A DNA stretch of 64,000 nt from an uncultured Anaerolineaceae bacterium (lineage in GTDB: Bacteria > Chloroflexota > Anaerolineae > Anaerolineales > UBA4823). This document shows positions 18,386 to 26,472 of this stretch, piece by piece. The notes beneath the pieces were generated by a model. That model was not told the origin of the DNA. It did not search any database and was given only the letters and a program-made list of their open reading frames with translations. Position 1 is the stretch's first letter. Each line of letters opens with the position of its first letter. The stretch lies in assembly GCA_964391195.1 (NCBI GenBank), contig CAYMLG010000008.1, positions 51,801 to 115,800 of the forward strand, read 5' to 3'. Position numbers and translations under genes: made by a program.

Positions 18386-19071
18386 CGCTCACCTTCCCGC
18401 AAGCGCAGCAGGAGCAGCGTTTCGCCGACCTGGATGCGGTCGCCTGGATCGAGCCCCTTGTCGCTGATTTCGAAATCGTTCACCCGCGTCCCGTGGGTGC
18501 TGTTTAGATCGCGCAGGCGGAGCACCAGGGCTTGCTCGTAAATTTCGGCGTGCCGGCGTGAGACGGCCAGGTCGCCGTCCAGGCGGATATCCACCCCGCT
18601 GCCGCGGCCAATGGTGAGCGGCAGTCGCTGCAAGGGATACACCCGCCCGGAGTCCGGCCCCTCGAGGACAACCAGCTCGACCCGCCGCTGTGGCGCTTCC
18701 GCCTGGCGCCCGGCGCCTGTAGCGTGGACCGGCTCGGCGATTGTTGGGTGCAGCAGGTCGGCGGCGGGGATGGTTGCCATGCGCCTGGGTTCCGGGTCAG
18801 GGGGTTTGAGCAGCGTCACCCGCCGCACCTCCCCCGGCGCTTGGGAGACGGCTGGCTCCAGCAGGTGCAGCAAGATACGGATGAACAGGTAAGCCAGGAA
18901 GCCGAGACCAGGCAGCAGGGCGACCAGGGCGAGCCAGGCAATTTGCGCCGAGGCCGGCTGCTGGCGGCGGCTGAGATCCACGTAGGTGATCGCGATCGAG
19001 GCAACCCACAACAGCAAGCCCAGGCAGCCGAGCCCGGCGATGATCAGCACTCGGGAAAATAAATCTTCCAT
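18382..19071 (-). CDS. Membrane-anchored FHA-domain protein (PLDc_N-like two-helix N-terminus + FHA)
   Basis: 229 aa. The N-terminus YVDLSRRQQPASAQIAWLALVALLPGLGFLAYLF resembles the PLD-nuclease N-terminal membrane domain. C-terminal FHA LTIGRGSGVDIRL ... SRRHAEI ... STHGTRVN. Confidence 0.75.
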   Translation of the reverse strand: MEDLFSRVLIIAGLGCLGLLLWVASIAITYVDLSRRQQPASAQIAWLALVALLPGLGFLAYLFIRILLHLLEPAVSQAPGEVRRVTLLKPPDPEPRRMATIPAADLLHPTIAEPVHATGAGRQAEAPQRRVELVVLEGPDSGRVYPLQRLPLTIGRGSGVDIRLDGDLAVSRRHAEIYEQALVLRLRDLNSTHGTRVNDFEISDKGLDPGDRIQVGETLLLLRLREGER

Positions 19072-19247
19072 ACCCTTCAGTTCGATTGGAGAACCGTTTT
19101 CACTACCGGTGTAGATTTTACCTCAGAGGAGGATAACCAAATTCTATCATCTCTTGTTCAGTTTCATCTGAGGAATCAGGGATGAGGGGCGGCAAGGAGG
19201 AAAAGGTGAAGGCCCAGGCCACGAAATGGCGGGCAGGGGTTACTGCT

Positions 19248-20366
19248 TTAGAACAGCCGGATGAAACCCAAACGCGCGAGCAGGAAGATGAACACCAACG
19301 CCGCGCTTAACCAACCCAGGAGGATGCCCAGCAGCAGGCGGCCAGCTGTCCTACGGGTCCGCTCCGGGGTGCCAGCGCCTGGCTTAGGTTCAGGAGGCGG
19401 CGGGGAAACAGCCTGGGAGGCCGGAGCGAAGGCTTCAGGACGTCGTCCCAGCGTCGGCCCGGCGGTCGCCGCCGGTGGGGTGAGCAGGGTCGGCACCCCG
19501 GTCTTGAGCGCCTGAGGGTCCTGCGGGGCGTCCGCCGCAGAATCAGCTCCCGCCTCCGGACGCGGCAAACAGCGGGCGACGATTGCAGTGCAGTTGTCGC
19601 TCCCATCCCGCGCGACGGCCTCCTCCACCAGCGCCCGTGCGGCCTCTGCCGCGTCGAGTCCAAGCGTGATCTCGGACACTTCCGAGGCGTCCAGGCTCGA
19701 CAGGCCATCGGTGCACAGGATCAGCGCATCCCCTTCCGACCAGGTGTAGTGGTACAGATCGACCTGGCAGGAGTCTGAGAGCCCCACCGCCCGGGTGATC
19801 AATCCGTTGGCCCTGGGGTCGAGGTCACCGCCCCCCGCCAGTCCGGCTTTCGCCGCTCGCACCTGCCCGCTGTGATCCTCGGTGAGCTGGCGCCGTTGGC
19901 GGTTTGCAGCCTGCACCAGGTAGGCGCGGCTGTCGCCCACGTTGGCGACCCACAGATGTTCCCCGGCCAGCACCGCCGCGACCAGGGTCGTCAGCCGCCA
20001 GGCGCCAGGATTGGGATGGCGGGCGGACTCGAGCCGGTTGAGGGCGTTCACCGCTTCGACACATTCGCGCAGCCGGTCCCCCAAATGCTCAGTCCCCATC
20101 TGGGCATAATAGAGAGCCTGCAGATAGGCCACAGCCTCACGGCTGGCTTCCCCTCCCCCCTCCAGGCCGCCGACTCCGTCGGCCACGACGATCAGGGTGC
20201 CGAAATTCGCCTCGTCTGCTCCCGAAGCCGGGAGTGACCAGGCGTCTTCGTTGCGCGACCGCAGGCGCCCGGCGGAAGTGGCTGCCGCGCACCAGGGAGG
20301 GGCGAAGGGCGGGAGCGGGCCAGGACCGGGCTGGTCGTCCCAATCTCGTAGGTTCTTGGCGGTCAT
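19248..20366 (-). CDS. PP2C-family Ser/Thr phosphatase with C-terminal TM anchor (PstP-like)
   Basis: Motifs VVADGVGG, LCTDGLS, GSDNCTAIV. Pro-rich linker and terminal hydrophobic helix LLLGILLGWLSAALVFIFLLA. Confidence 0.9.
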   Translation of the reverse strand: MTAKNLRDWDDQPGPGPLPPFAPPWCAAATSAGRLRSRNEDAWSLPASGADEANFGTLIVVADGVGGLEGGGEASREAVAYLQALYYAQMGTEHLGDRLRECVEAVNALNRLESARHPNPGAWRLTTLVAAVLAGEHLWVANVGDSRAYLVQAANRQRRQLTEDHSGQVRAAKAGLAGGGDLDPRANGLITRAVGLSDSCQVDLYHYTWSEGDALILCTDGLSSLDASEVSEITLGLDAAEAARALVEEAVARDGSDNCTAIVARCLPRPEAGADSAADAPQDPQALKTGVPTLLTPPAATAGPTLGRRPEAFAPASQAVSPPPPEPKPGAGTPERTRRTAGRLLLGILLGWLSAALVFIFLLARLGFIRLF

Positions 20367-20492
20367 CCCACCGATTATAACCTCGCTTCTGCGTATGGCT
20401 CAGCATTTTGTAGACAGCTTACAGAGATGCAATTTACTCGCTTGCCTCAGGGGGGAGGTTATGGGATAATGCCGGTGAAGCCTGGACATACC

Positions 20493-22250
20493 ATGTCGAT
20501 GAACGATCCCTTCACCGGAAAACAAGTGGAACACTTCCGCATCGAGCGGCTGCTCGGGCGCGGGGGGATGGGCAGCGTGTATTACGGGTGGGACCTGCGC
20601 CTCGATCGCCCGGTCGCAATCAAAATCCTCGACCCGCGCTACCAGGAAGACCCGGCATTTGCGGCCCGTTTCCTGCAAGAGGCGCGGGCGGTGGCCGCCT
20701 GGAAGCACCCCAACATCATCCAGGTGTACTATGCCGGTGAGGACCTGGGAGTCCATTATTTCGCCATGGAGTACGTTCCCGGGCAGGACCTGGAAGCCAG
20801 GCTGAAGAGCTACTCCGAGCGTGGAGAGCTGATCCCCCAGGGAGAAGCGCTGCGGATCGGGCGGGCGGTCGCCTCGGCCTTGGATTACGCCCATCGCCAG
20901 GGGGTGATCCACCGTGACGTCAAGCCATCCAACATCCTGTTGGCCGATGACGGGCGGGTGGTGATCACCGATTTTGGTCTGGCGATGCGGGTGACCGAGA
21001 AGTCGCTCGGAGAAGTGTTCGGCAGCCCATTCTACATCGCCCCCGAGCAGGCGCGCAGTTCAGCCAGCGCTACCCCGCTCTCAGACCTGTATTCGCTCGG
21101 AGTGATCCTCTACGAGATGCTGACCGGATCTCCGCCGTTCAGCGATCCTTCACCCACAGCCCTGGCCATCCAGCACCTCACCCTGCCCCCACCGCCCGCA
21201 CGGGAGAGAAACCCGGACCTGAACGCCGCGGTGGAACAGGTGCTTGCCAGGGCGCTGAGCAAGCAGCCGGAAGCCCGCTATCCATCCGGCCAGGCGCTGA
21301 TCGATGCCCTGGAAGCGGCGCTGGCCCAGGCGGATGAGGGAGCCGAACCGCCCACCCAACCTCTGCTGGTCTCCGAGCAGTTGGCTCCGGATGATGAAGT
21401 TCCCCACCGCGGGCAGCCGGAGCTCGGACCCGCTTCGCCCCACGGCGGCGCCAGCCAGGCGCCTCGACTGATGTGGTATTCCGCCGGCTGCGGGCTGACC
21501 ACGGTGCTCGCGGTGCTGGTCTTGCTCATCGCCTCCTTTGCGCTCTCGCAGGCTCAGGCCCAACGCAGCAAGGCCACAGAACCCGGCCAGCAGGCGCAGA
21601 CCGCGGTAGCCGGATTGGATCCCGCCAACATCGCCACCCGCACCGCCCCTCCAACTACCTCGGCCGTCACCAGGACCGCCACCTTTGAGCCAACCCCCAC
21701 CAGCCGGCCGAGCGATACCCCACTCCCGCCCAGCCCGACCCCCGAACCGCTCACGCCCACCCCGCTCCCGCCTACCATCACCCCGTCTGCGACGCCCGAG
21801 CCACCCACCGCCGCCCCGCCCCAGCCGGCTGAGGGGCAAGTAGAGGACGAGGAGGATGGGGATTTCGTGCTCTATTACGACGATTCCAGCTTTTATATCG
21901 AGAACCGCTCTGGTAAAGACCGTTCGATCTATCCCCTCTCGTTCGAGTTGCTCAACAAAGATGAGAAGCCGGTCAGGCGGTTCGACGGTTGGATCTGGGG
22001 CGAGATCTACCCAAACTTCCGGACGGGTTACTGCATGTCGCTGGAGATCATCAACATCGAGCGCCACCTGGACCCGCCGGAATGCCGGGACAAGATCCTC
22101 GTCTACCGCACACCACGCTCGGACGCCAATTACATCTTCTGGATCCGCGATAGCGACAGTAGAGAGTTCCGGGTGCTGTGGCGCGATGCCGAAGTCAAAC
22201 GGTGTAAAATAGCCCAGAAGACCTGTGCGTTCAACTTACCAGACCCATGA
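20493..22250 (+). CDS. Hanks-type Ser/Thr protein kinase with TM helix and Cys-containing C-terminal ectodomain
   Basis: The ORF opens at 20427; I prefer ATG 20493 (MSMNDPF). Kinase motifs GRGGMGSVYYG, VAIK, HRDVKPSNILL, DFGLA, APEQ. TM GLTTVLAVLVLLIASFAL, then a P/T linker and a 129-aa ectodomain. Confidence 0.9.
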   Translation: MSMNDPFTGKQVEHFRIERLLGRGGMGSVYYGWDLRLDRPVAIKILDPRYQEDPAFAARFLQEARAVAAWKHPNIIQVYYAGEDLGVHYFAMEYVPGQDLEARLKSYSERGELIPQGEALRIGRAVASALDYAHRQGVIHRDVKPSNILLADDGRVVITDFGLAMRVTEKSLGEVFGSPFYIAPEQARSSASATPLSDLYSLGVILYEMLTGSPPFSDPSPTALAIQHLTLPPPPARERNPDLNAAVEQVLARALSKQPEARYPSGQALIDALEAALAQADEGAEPPTQPLLVSEQLAPDDEVPHRGQPELGPASPHGGASQAPRLMWYSAGCGLTTVLAVLVLLIASFALSQAQAQRSKATEPGQQAQTAVAGLDPANIATRTAPPTTSAVTRTATFEPTPTSRPSDTPLPPSPTPEPLTPTPLPPTITPSATPEPPTAAPPQPAEGQVEDEEDGDFVLYYDDSSFYIENRSGKDRSIYPLSFELLNKDEKPVRRFDGWIWGEIYPNFRTGYCMSLEIINIERHLDPPECRDKILVYRTPRSDANYIFWIRDSDSREFRVLWRDAEVKRCKIAQKTCAFNLPDP

Positions 22251-24025
22251 TCCCTGAAGACTCGTTACTCAGCCGCCAACTGGACGAATACCAGATCGAA
22301 GCCCTCCTCGGCCGGGGAGGAATGGCCCGCGTCTACCGGGCGTTCGATATCCGCCTTAAGCGCCGGGTCGCGATCAAAGTGATCGACACCCCCTATCGGG
22401 CCGAGGCCGGCTATGTCACCCGCTTCGAGCGCGAGGCCCAGGTCATCGCGCAGCTGTCTCACCCCCAGGTGGTCCAACTCTACCGCTATGGGGAAGCGGA
22501 CGGCTTTTTGTATATGGTAATGCAGTACATCGACGGCGCCGACCTGCACAGCATCCTCCACAGCTACCGCCAGGACGGGGAGTTCATGCAGCCGGACGAA
22601 ATCCTGCCGGTGGTCAGAGATATCTGCGAGGCCCTGGACTATATCCACAACCACGGGGTCGTTCACCGGGATATCAAGCCGTCGAACATCATGCTCACTC
22701 GCCAGGGACGGGCTGTGCTGACGGATTTTGGCCTGGCCTTGCTGACCGATGTAGGCACCCTGGGGCACGTATTCGGCTCCCCGCAGTACATCGCCCCCGA
22801 GCAAGCCGTGTCGTCGGCCAACGCCAGCCCGGCCAGCGACCTGTATTCCCTGGGGGTGATCCTGTACGAAATCTACACCGGGCGCCTGCCATTCCTGGCC
22901 GATGACGCCGTGGAACTGGCGATGCAGCACATCACCGCCGCGCCGCCCTCCCCCCGGCAGATCCGCCCCGAGATCAGCCCCGAGGTGGAAGGGGTGATCC
23001 TGAGGCTGCTGGCGAAAGACCCGCAGGCGCGTTACAGCAGCGGATCCGCGGTGGTCCGGGCCCTGGAGCAAGCCCTGGGCGGGAGGCCGGGAGCCACTGA
23101 ACCTCTGCCCACGATCGGCCGGTTAACCATGCCCGAGCGGGTAGACCTTCACACCCCGGCCTTGTCTGAGGCAAAAGTACAGCCTGAGGCTATAGAACAG
23201 CCTGAGGCGAAAGTACAGCCTGAGGCTAATGTACAGCCTGAGGCTTCAGAACAGCCCGAGGCGAAAGCACAGGCTGGAGTGCAGCCCGAGGTCCATAACC
23301 GGCCGGCCCCGCCAACCGTGGGTGAGGGGGACGCCCCAGGCGCCCGGCCCTCCGGACCGCATACCGCCTCATCCCCTAATCTGCGTCGCAGCCTGCCCTG
23401 GATCGGGGCAGGGGCCGGGTGCCTGGCGCTGCTGGTGCTCGCCTGCCTGGTGGTGTTTTCAACTGCCCGCCTGCTCGGCATCTTCCTGCCAGACCAGCGC
23501 CTCACCGCCCCCACGGCCCAGCCGCGGGAAGAACAGGTCATCCCGAGTCCTACAGATTTGCCGCGGCCGGCCGTCGAAACCCCGCCGCCAACCAACACTC
23601 CCCAAAACACCCCCGAGGTGGCGACCCCAACCGCCACGCCCCCCGCCGGCCTCGGCCTGCTGCTGGCAAAACTGGGTAAGGACGCCCCTACCCTTGTACT
23701 GGTCAACCAGGGCCGGGAGAGCTTCCTCCTGGGCGGCTTACAACTGGGTAATACCCCCAGCAAAGTGTTCGGCCAGGACTGGGAGGTGGAGCGCCTGGAG
23801 GTTGGGCAGTGCGTGGTGGTGCAGCGCAAAGGCAAGAAAAAACCGCGGCTGGACGACATCGACTGCGAGCCGGTAGGCAAAACTCTGGAACGCGAAGGCA
23901 AGGCCACCTTCTGGATGTCCCCATTCAATGTCTACTATAACGGCCAGTACATTGGCAGTTGCGAGCAGGATGAGAACGAGTGCCGGGTGGAGATTCCCAG
24001 CGAGCTGATCCAGGGTTCCAAATAA
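22247..24025 (+). CDS. Hanks-type Ser/Thr protein kinase, paralogous architecture
   Basis: Kinase motifs GRGGMARVYRA, VAIKV, HRDIKPSNIML, DFGLA, APEQ. QPEAxV hexapeptide repeats, TM CLALLVLACLVVF, and a 125-aa Cys-containing ectodomain. 4-nt overlap with the upstream kinase. Confidence 0.9.
   Translation: MIPEDSLLSRQLDEYQIEALLGRGGMARVYRAFDIRLKRRVAIKVIDTPYRAEAGYVTRFEREAQVIAQLSHPQVVQLYRYGEADGFLYMVMQYIDGADLHSILHSYRQDGEFMQPDEILPVVRDICEALDYIHNHGVVHRDIKPSNIMLTRQGRAVLTDFGLALLTDVGTLGHVFGSPQYIAPEQAVSSANASPASDLYSLGVILYEIYTGRLPFLADDAVELAMQHITAAPPSPRQIRPEISPEVEGVILRLLAKDPQARYSSGSAVVRALEQALGGRPGATEPLPTIGRLTMPERVDLHTPALSEAKVQPEAIEQPEAKVQPEANVQPEASEQPEAKAQAGVQPEVHNRPAPPTVGEGDAPGARPSGPHTASSPNLRRSLPWIGAGAGCLALLVLACLVVFSTARLLGIFLPDQRLTAPTAQPREEQVIPSPTDLPRPAVETPPPTNTPQNTPEVATPTATPPAGLGLLLAKLGKDAPTLVLVNQGRESFLLGGLQLGNTPSKVFGQDWEVERLEVGQCVVVQRKGKKKPRLDDIDCEPVGKTLEREGKATFWMSPFNVYYNGQYIGSCEQDENECRVEIPSELIQGSK
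23168..23293 (+). repeat. About seven tandem 18-nt coding repeats (E-A-x-x-Q-P)
   Basis: gaggcaaaagtacagcct / gaggctatagaacagcct / gaggcgaaagtacagcct / gaggctaatgtacagcct / gaggcttcagaacagccc / gaggcgaaagcacaggct, plus a degenerate copy. Confidence 0.85.
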
Positions 24026-24055
24026 ACGCCGCTCAGGCCGTTGGCAATTGTTCAA

Positions 24056-24088
24056 CCGGGCAGCTAACAAGATTGTTAGCTGCCCGGC
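24056..24088 (+). terminator. Rho-independent terminator after the kinase pair
   Basis: CCGGGCAGCTAACAA-gat-TTGTTAGCTGCCCGG is a perfect 15-bp stem. It is followed by a T-rich stretch (CTCTTTCTGTCCCTTTTTGC). Confidence 0.75.
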
Positions 24089-24184
24089 GACTCTTTCTGT
24101 CCCTTTTTGCTGTTCTTATGGATAGAGGCGCTGTTTCTGCCGCTTGGTGCGCGCAGAGTTATTCTTCGTTAAACAGGAGGCAGG

Positions 24185-26308
24185 ATGGAAATGCAACCCC
24201 AACAGGCAAAAGTACCCTGGAAGATCATCCTCCCCGGGATCGCGGCCATGGTCGTGCTCTCCCTGTGCGTCGTGGCGGTCATCCTCACCGCCGGAAGCCG
24301 GATGATCTTCTCTGGAGAGGGAGAGCCCCGGGCAGAAACTGCGAACCAGGCCAGGACAGAGGGGGTGGTGAAACCGGAAGCGGAGGGGGGCGATAGTTCC
24401 AGGCCCGAAGACGCAGAGGGCGGACGCCTCCAGCTCGCGACGGAGGCGGCACAGCTCGCGGTTGAGGCGGCGCAGCTCGCGACCTACACCGGTTGGGTCG
24501 AGGTGCAGCGGGACGACGGGACCTGGGCTGCTGCGGAAGCAGGGCAGGCTCTACAGGCCGGGCAGCGCCTGCGAACGGGGGAGCTATCCTCGGCTGAAGT
24601 GATCTTCTTCGACGGCAGCCGGGCGCGCCTGCTGGCGAACAGCGAACTCTCCATCGATGAACTGCAGTGGCGGGAGAAAAGCGACCAGCGCACGATCCTG
24701 CTGACCCAGTGGGCCGGGGAGAGCGAACATGAAGTGGCGGAGAACAAAAAGGCAGGTTCGCGTTACGAAGTCCGCACCCCGGCGGGCAGCGCCGAAGCCA
24801 GGGGGACCATCTTCCTCGTCGCCGTCTCACCCGAGCAGACGGCGCGCTACGTAGTGATCGAAGGTGTGGTAGCTGTCACCCACCTGGAAGTGACTGTGCT
24901 GGTCAACGGCGGAGAAGCGACAATCGTCTACCTGGACCAGCCGCCAATGCAGCCGTTCGCCAGGGTGACCGTGGAGGGGCTGGTCTCCCAGGTGGGAGAT
25001 ACCTGGATCGCCGGCGGACAGTCCTTCATCGTTGATGGGCGGACGGCCGTGGTGGGCGACCCGCAGCTTGGCGACTGGGTGCGAATCGAGGGGCGCATCG
25101 GCCAGGACCAGGCCCGGATCGCCGATTGGATCATCCTGCTGCGCCGTTCTCCGGCCGACCGCTTCCAACTGCGAGGGGTGGTCGAGGCGATTGGCGAGGT
25201 CGAGTGGCTGGTGAACGGCCAAACCGTATTGATCTCCGCCGGCACGGTGATCGACGATGGGATTCAGACAGGGGACGCGGTCCAGGTAGCCGGGGAACTG
25301 CTCCCCGGAGGCTCGCTGCAGGCGGAAGAAATCCGTAAAATCCCGCCTGATCTGGGGCTGCCGCTGGAATTCACCGGCGTCCTGCAGGAGATGGGGACGG
25401 AGATCTGGCGGGTCTCGGGGTTGGATATCCGTATCACAGAGGACACCCTCCTGGCGCAAAACCTGGAGACCGGCGCCTCCGTCCGGGTGCGAGGATGGAT
25501 TCAAGATACGGGTGCGATCACTGCGGCGAGCATCCTGCTCGCCGGGGAGGAAGAACAGTCCTTCGAGATCACCGGCGTACTTGAGAGCCGGGAGCCGTGG
25601 CAGGTGGCCGGGGTGGGCTTCGAGGCCACCGATTGGACCGAGATGGACGGCGACCTGGCCGTTGGAGAGCTGGTGCGCGTGGAGGGGCAGATCACCGGCG
25701 ATGGGCGCTGGATCGCATCTGAAATACGGCGTGTGGCAGAACGGTCTACCCGCCTGGTGCTGGTGGGGACGGTGATGGCGATCGATCCCTGGATCGTGAG
25801 CAGTATCCCGCTCACGGTCACCGCAGAGACGGTGATCGAGGGTGAGATCACGCCGGGGATGCTGGTGCGGGTGGAGATACTGCTGCTGCCCGGGGGCGAA
25901 TGGCAGGTCTTACGCATCCAGGGCCTCGAATCGGCCGTTACCCTGCCTGTGTGCCAGGAGATTCTGGCGACCGTGGTTAGGGTGAAGAAAGAGGATATCG
26001 AGCTGTTCGGGTGGCCGGCGCTGGATCTGGGTGAAGGCATCCAGGTGGACGGCTTCCTGAGGCCAGACAGCGTGGTGCGTGTCCAGTTGTGCTTCACCGT
26101 GGAGGGGACGATTGAGGTTACCTATATCATCGTGATCGACCAGTTGGAGTTCGAGCCCGACCCGGATGACGAACCCGGGATGGGCGGGCACAAGGTGGAT
26201 ATTTGCCATAAGCCCGATAAGAAGAAAGGCGGGCACACCATCAATATCGATCAGGCGGCCATCCCTGCCCATCTGGGGCACGGAGACTACCTGGGACCCT
26301 GCCGCTGA
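24185..26308 (+). CDS. Membrane-anchored FecR-domain protein with about six DUF5666-like repeats and a Cys/His C-terminal motif
   Basis: 707 aa. N-terminal TM, then a FecR-like segment (GWVEVQRDDGTWAAAEAGQALQAGQRLRTGELSSAEVIFFDGSRARLLANSEL). About six 60-aa repeats of the type hxhxGxV ... G..V.V.G follow. The C-terminus reads KVDICHKPDKKKGGHTINIDQAAIPAHLGHGDYLGPC. Confidence 0.7.
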   Translation: MEMQPQQAKVPWKIILPGIAAMVVLSLCVVAVILTAGSRMIFSGEGEPRAETANQARTEGVVKPEAEGGDSSRPEDAEGGRLQLATEAAQLAVEAAQLATYTGWVEVQRDDGTWAAAEAGQALQAGQRLRTGELSSAEVIFFDGSRARLLANSELSIDELQWREKSDQRTILLTQWAGESEHEVAENKKAGSRYEVRTPAGSAEARGTIFLVAVSPEQTARYVVIEGVVAVTHLEVTVLVNGGEATIVYLDQPPMQPFARVTVEGLVSQVGDTWIAGGQSFIVDGRTAVVGDPQLGDWVRIEGRIGQDQARIADWIILLRRSPADRFQLRGVVEAIGEVEWLVNGQTVLISAGTVIDDGIQTGDAVQVAGELLPGGSLQAEEIRKIPPDLGLPLEFTGVLQEMGTEIWRVSGLDIRITEDTLLAQNLETGASVRVRGWIQDTGAITAASILLAGEEEQSFEITGVLESREPWQVAGVGFEATDWTEMDGDLAVGELVRVEGQITGDGRWIASEIRRVAERSTRLVLVGTVMAIDPWIVSSIPLTVTAETVIEGEITPGMLVRVEILLLPGGEWQVLRIQGLESAVTLPVCQEILATVVRVKKEDIELFGWPALDLGEGIQVDGFLRPDSVVRVQLCFTVEGTIEVTYIIVIDQLEFEPDPDDEPGMGGHKVDICHKPDKKKGGHTINIDQAAIPAHLGHGDYLGPCR

Positions 26309-26328
26309 GCGGGGTTCCGCTGCCGAAC

Positions 26329-26353
26329 GGCCGGGCTGAGGCGCAGCCCGGCC
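26329..26353 (+). terminator. Terminator-like hairpin
   Basis: GGCCGGGCTG-aggcg-CAGCCCGGCC lies 21 nt after the stop. The T-run (26374-26379) is about 20 nt away, so the intrinsic-terminator call is weak. Confidence 0.4.
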
Positions 26354-26472
26354 GGATCGATTTAAACCTGCCCTTTTTTCGTAACAAGAGGATTAGAGAA
26401 AGGAGGTGTGACTGGACAAGCCTTTAGATATATGTAACAATTCTCTTAACGATTATTCTGAAATGAGAGACT

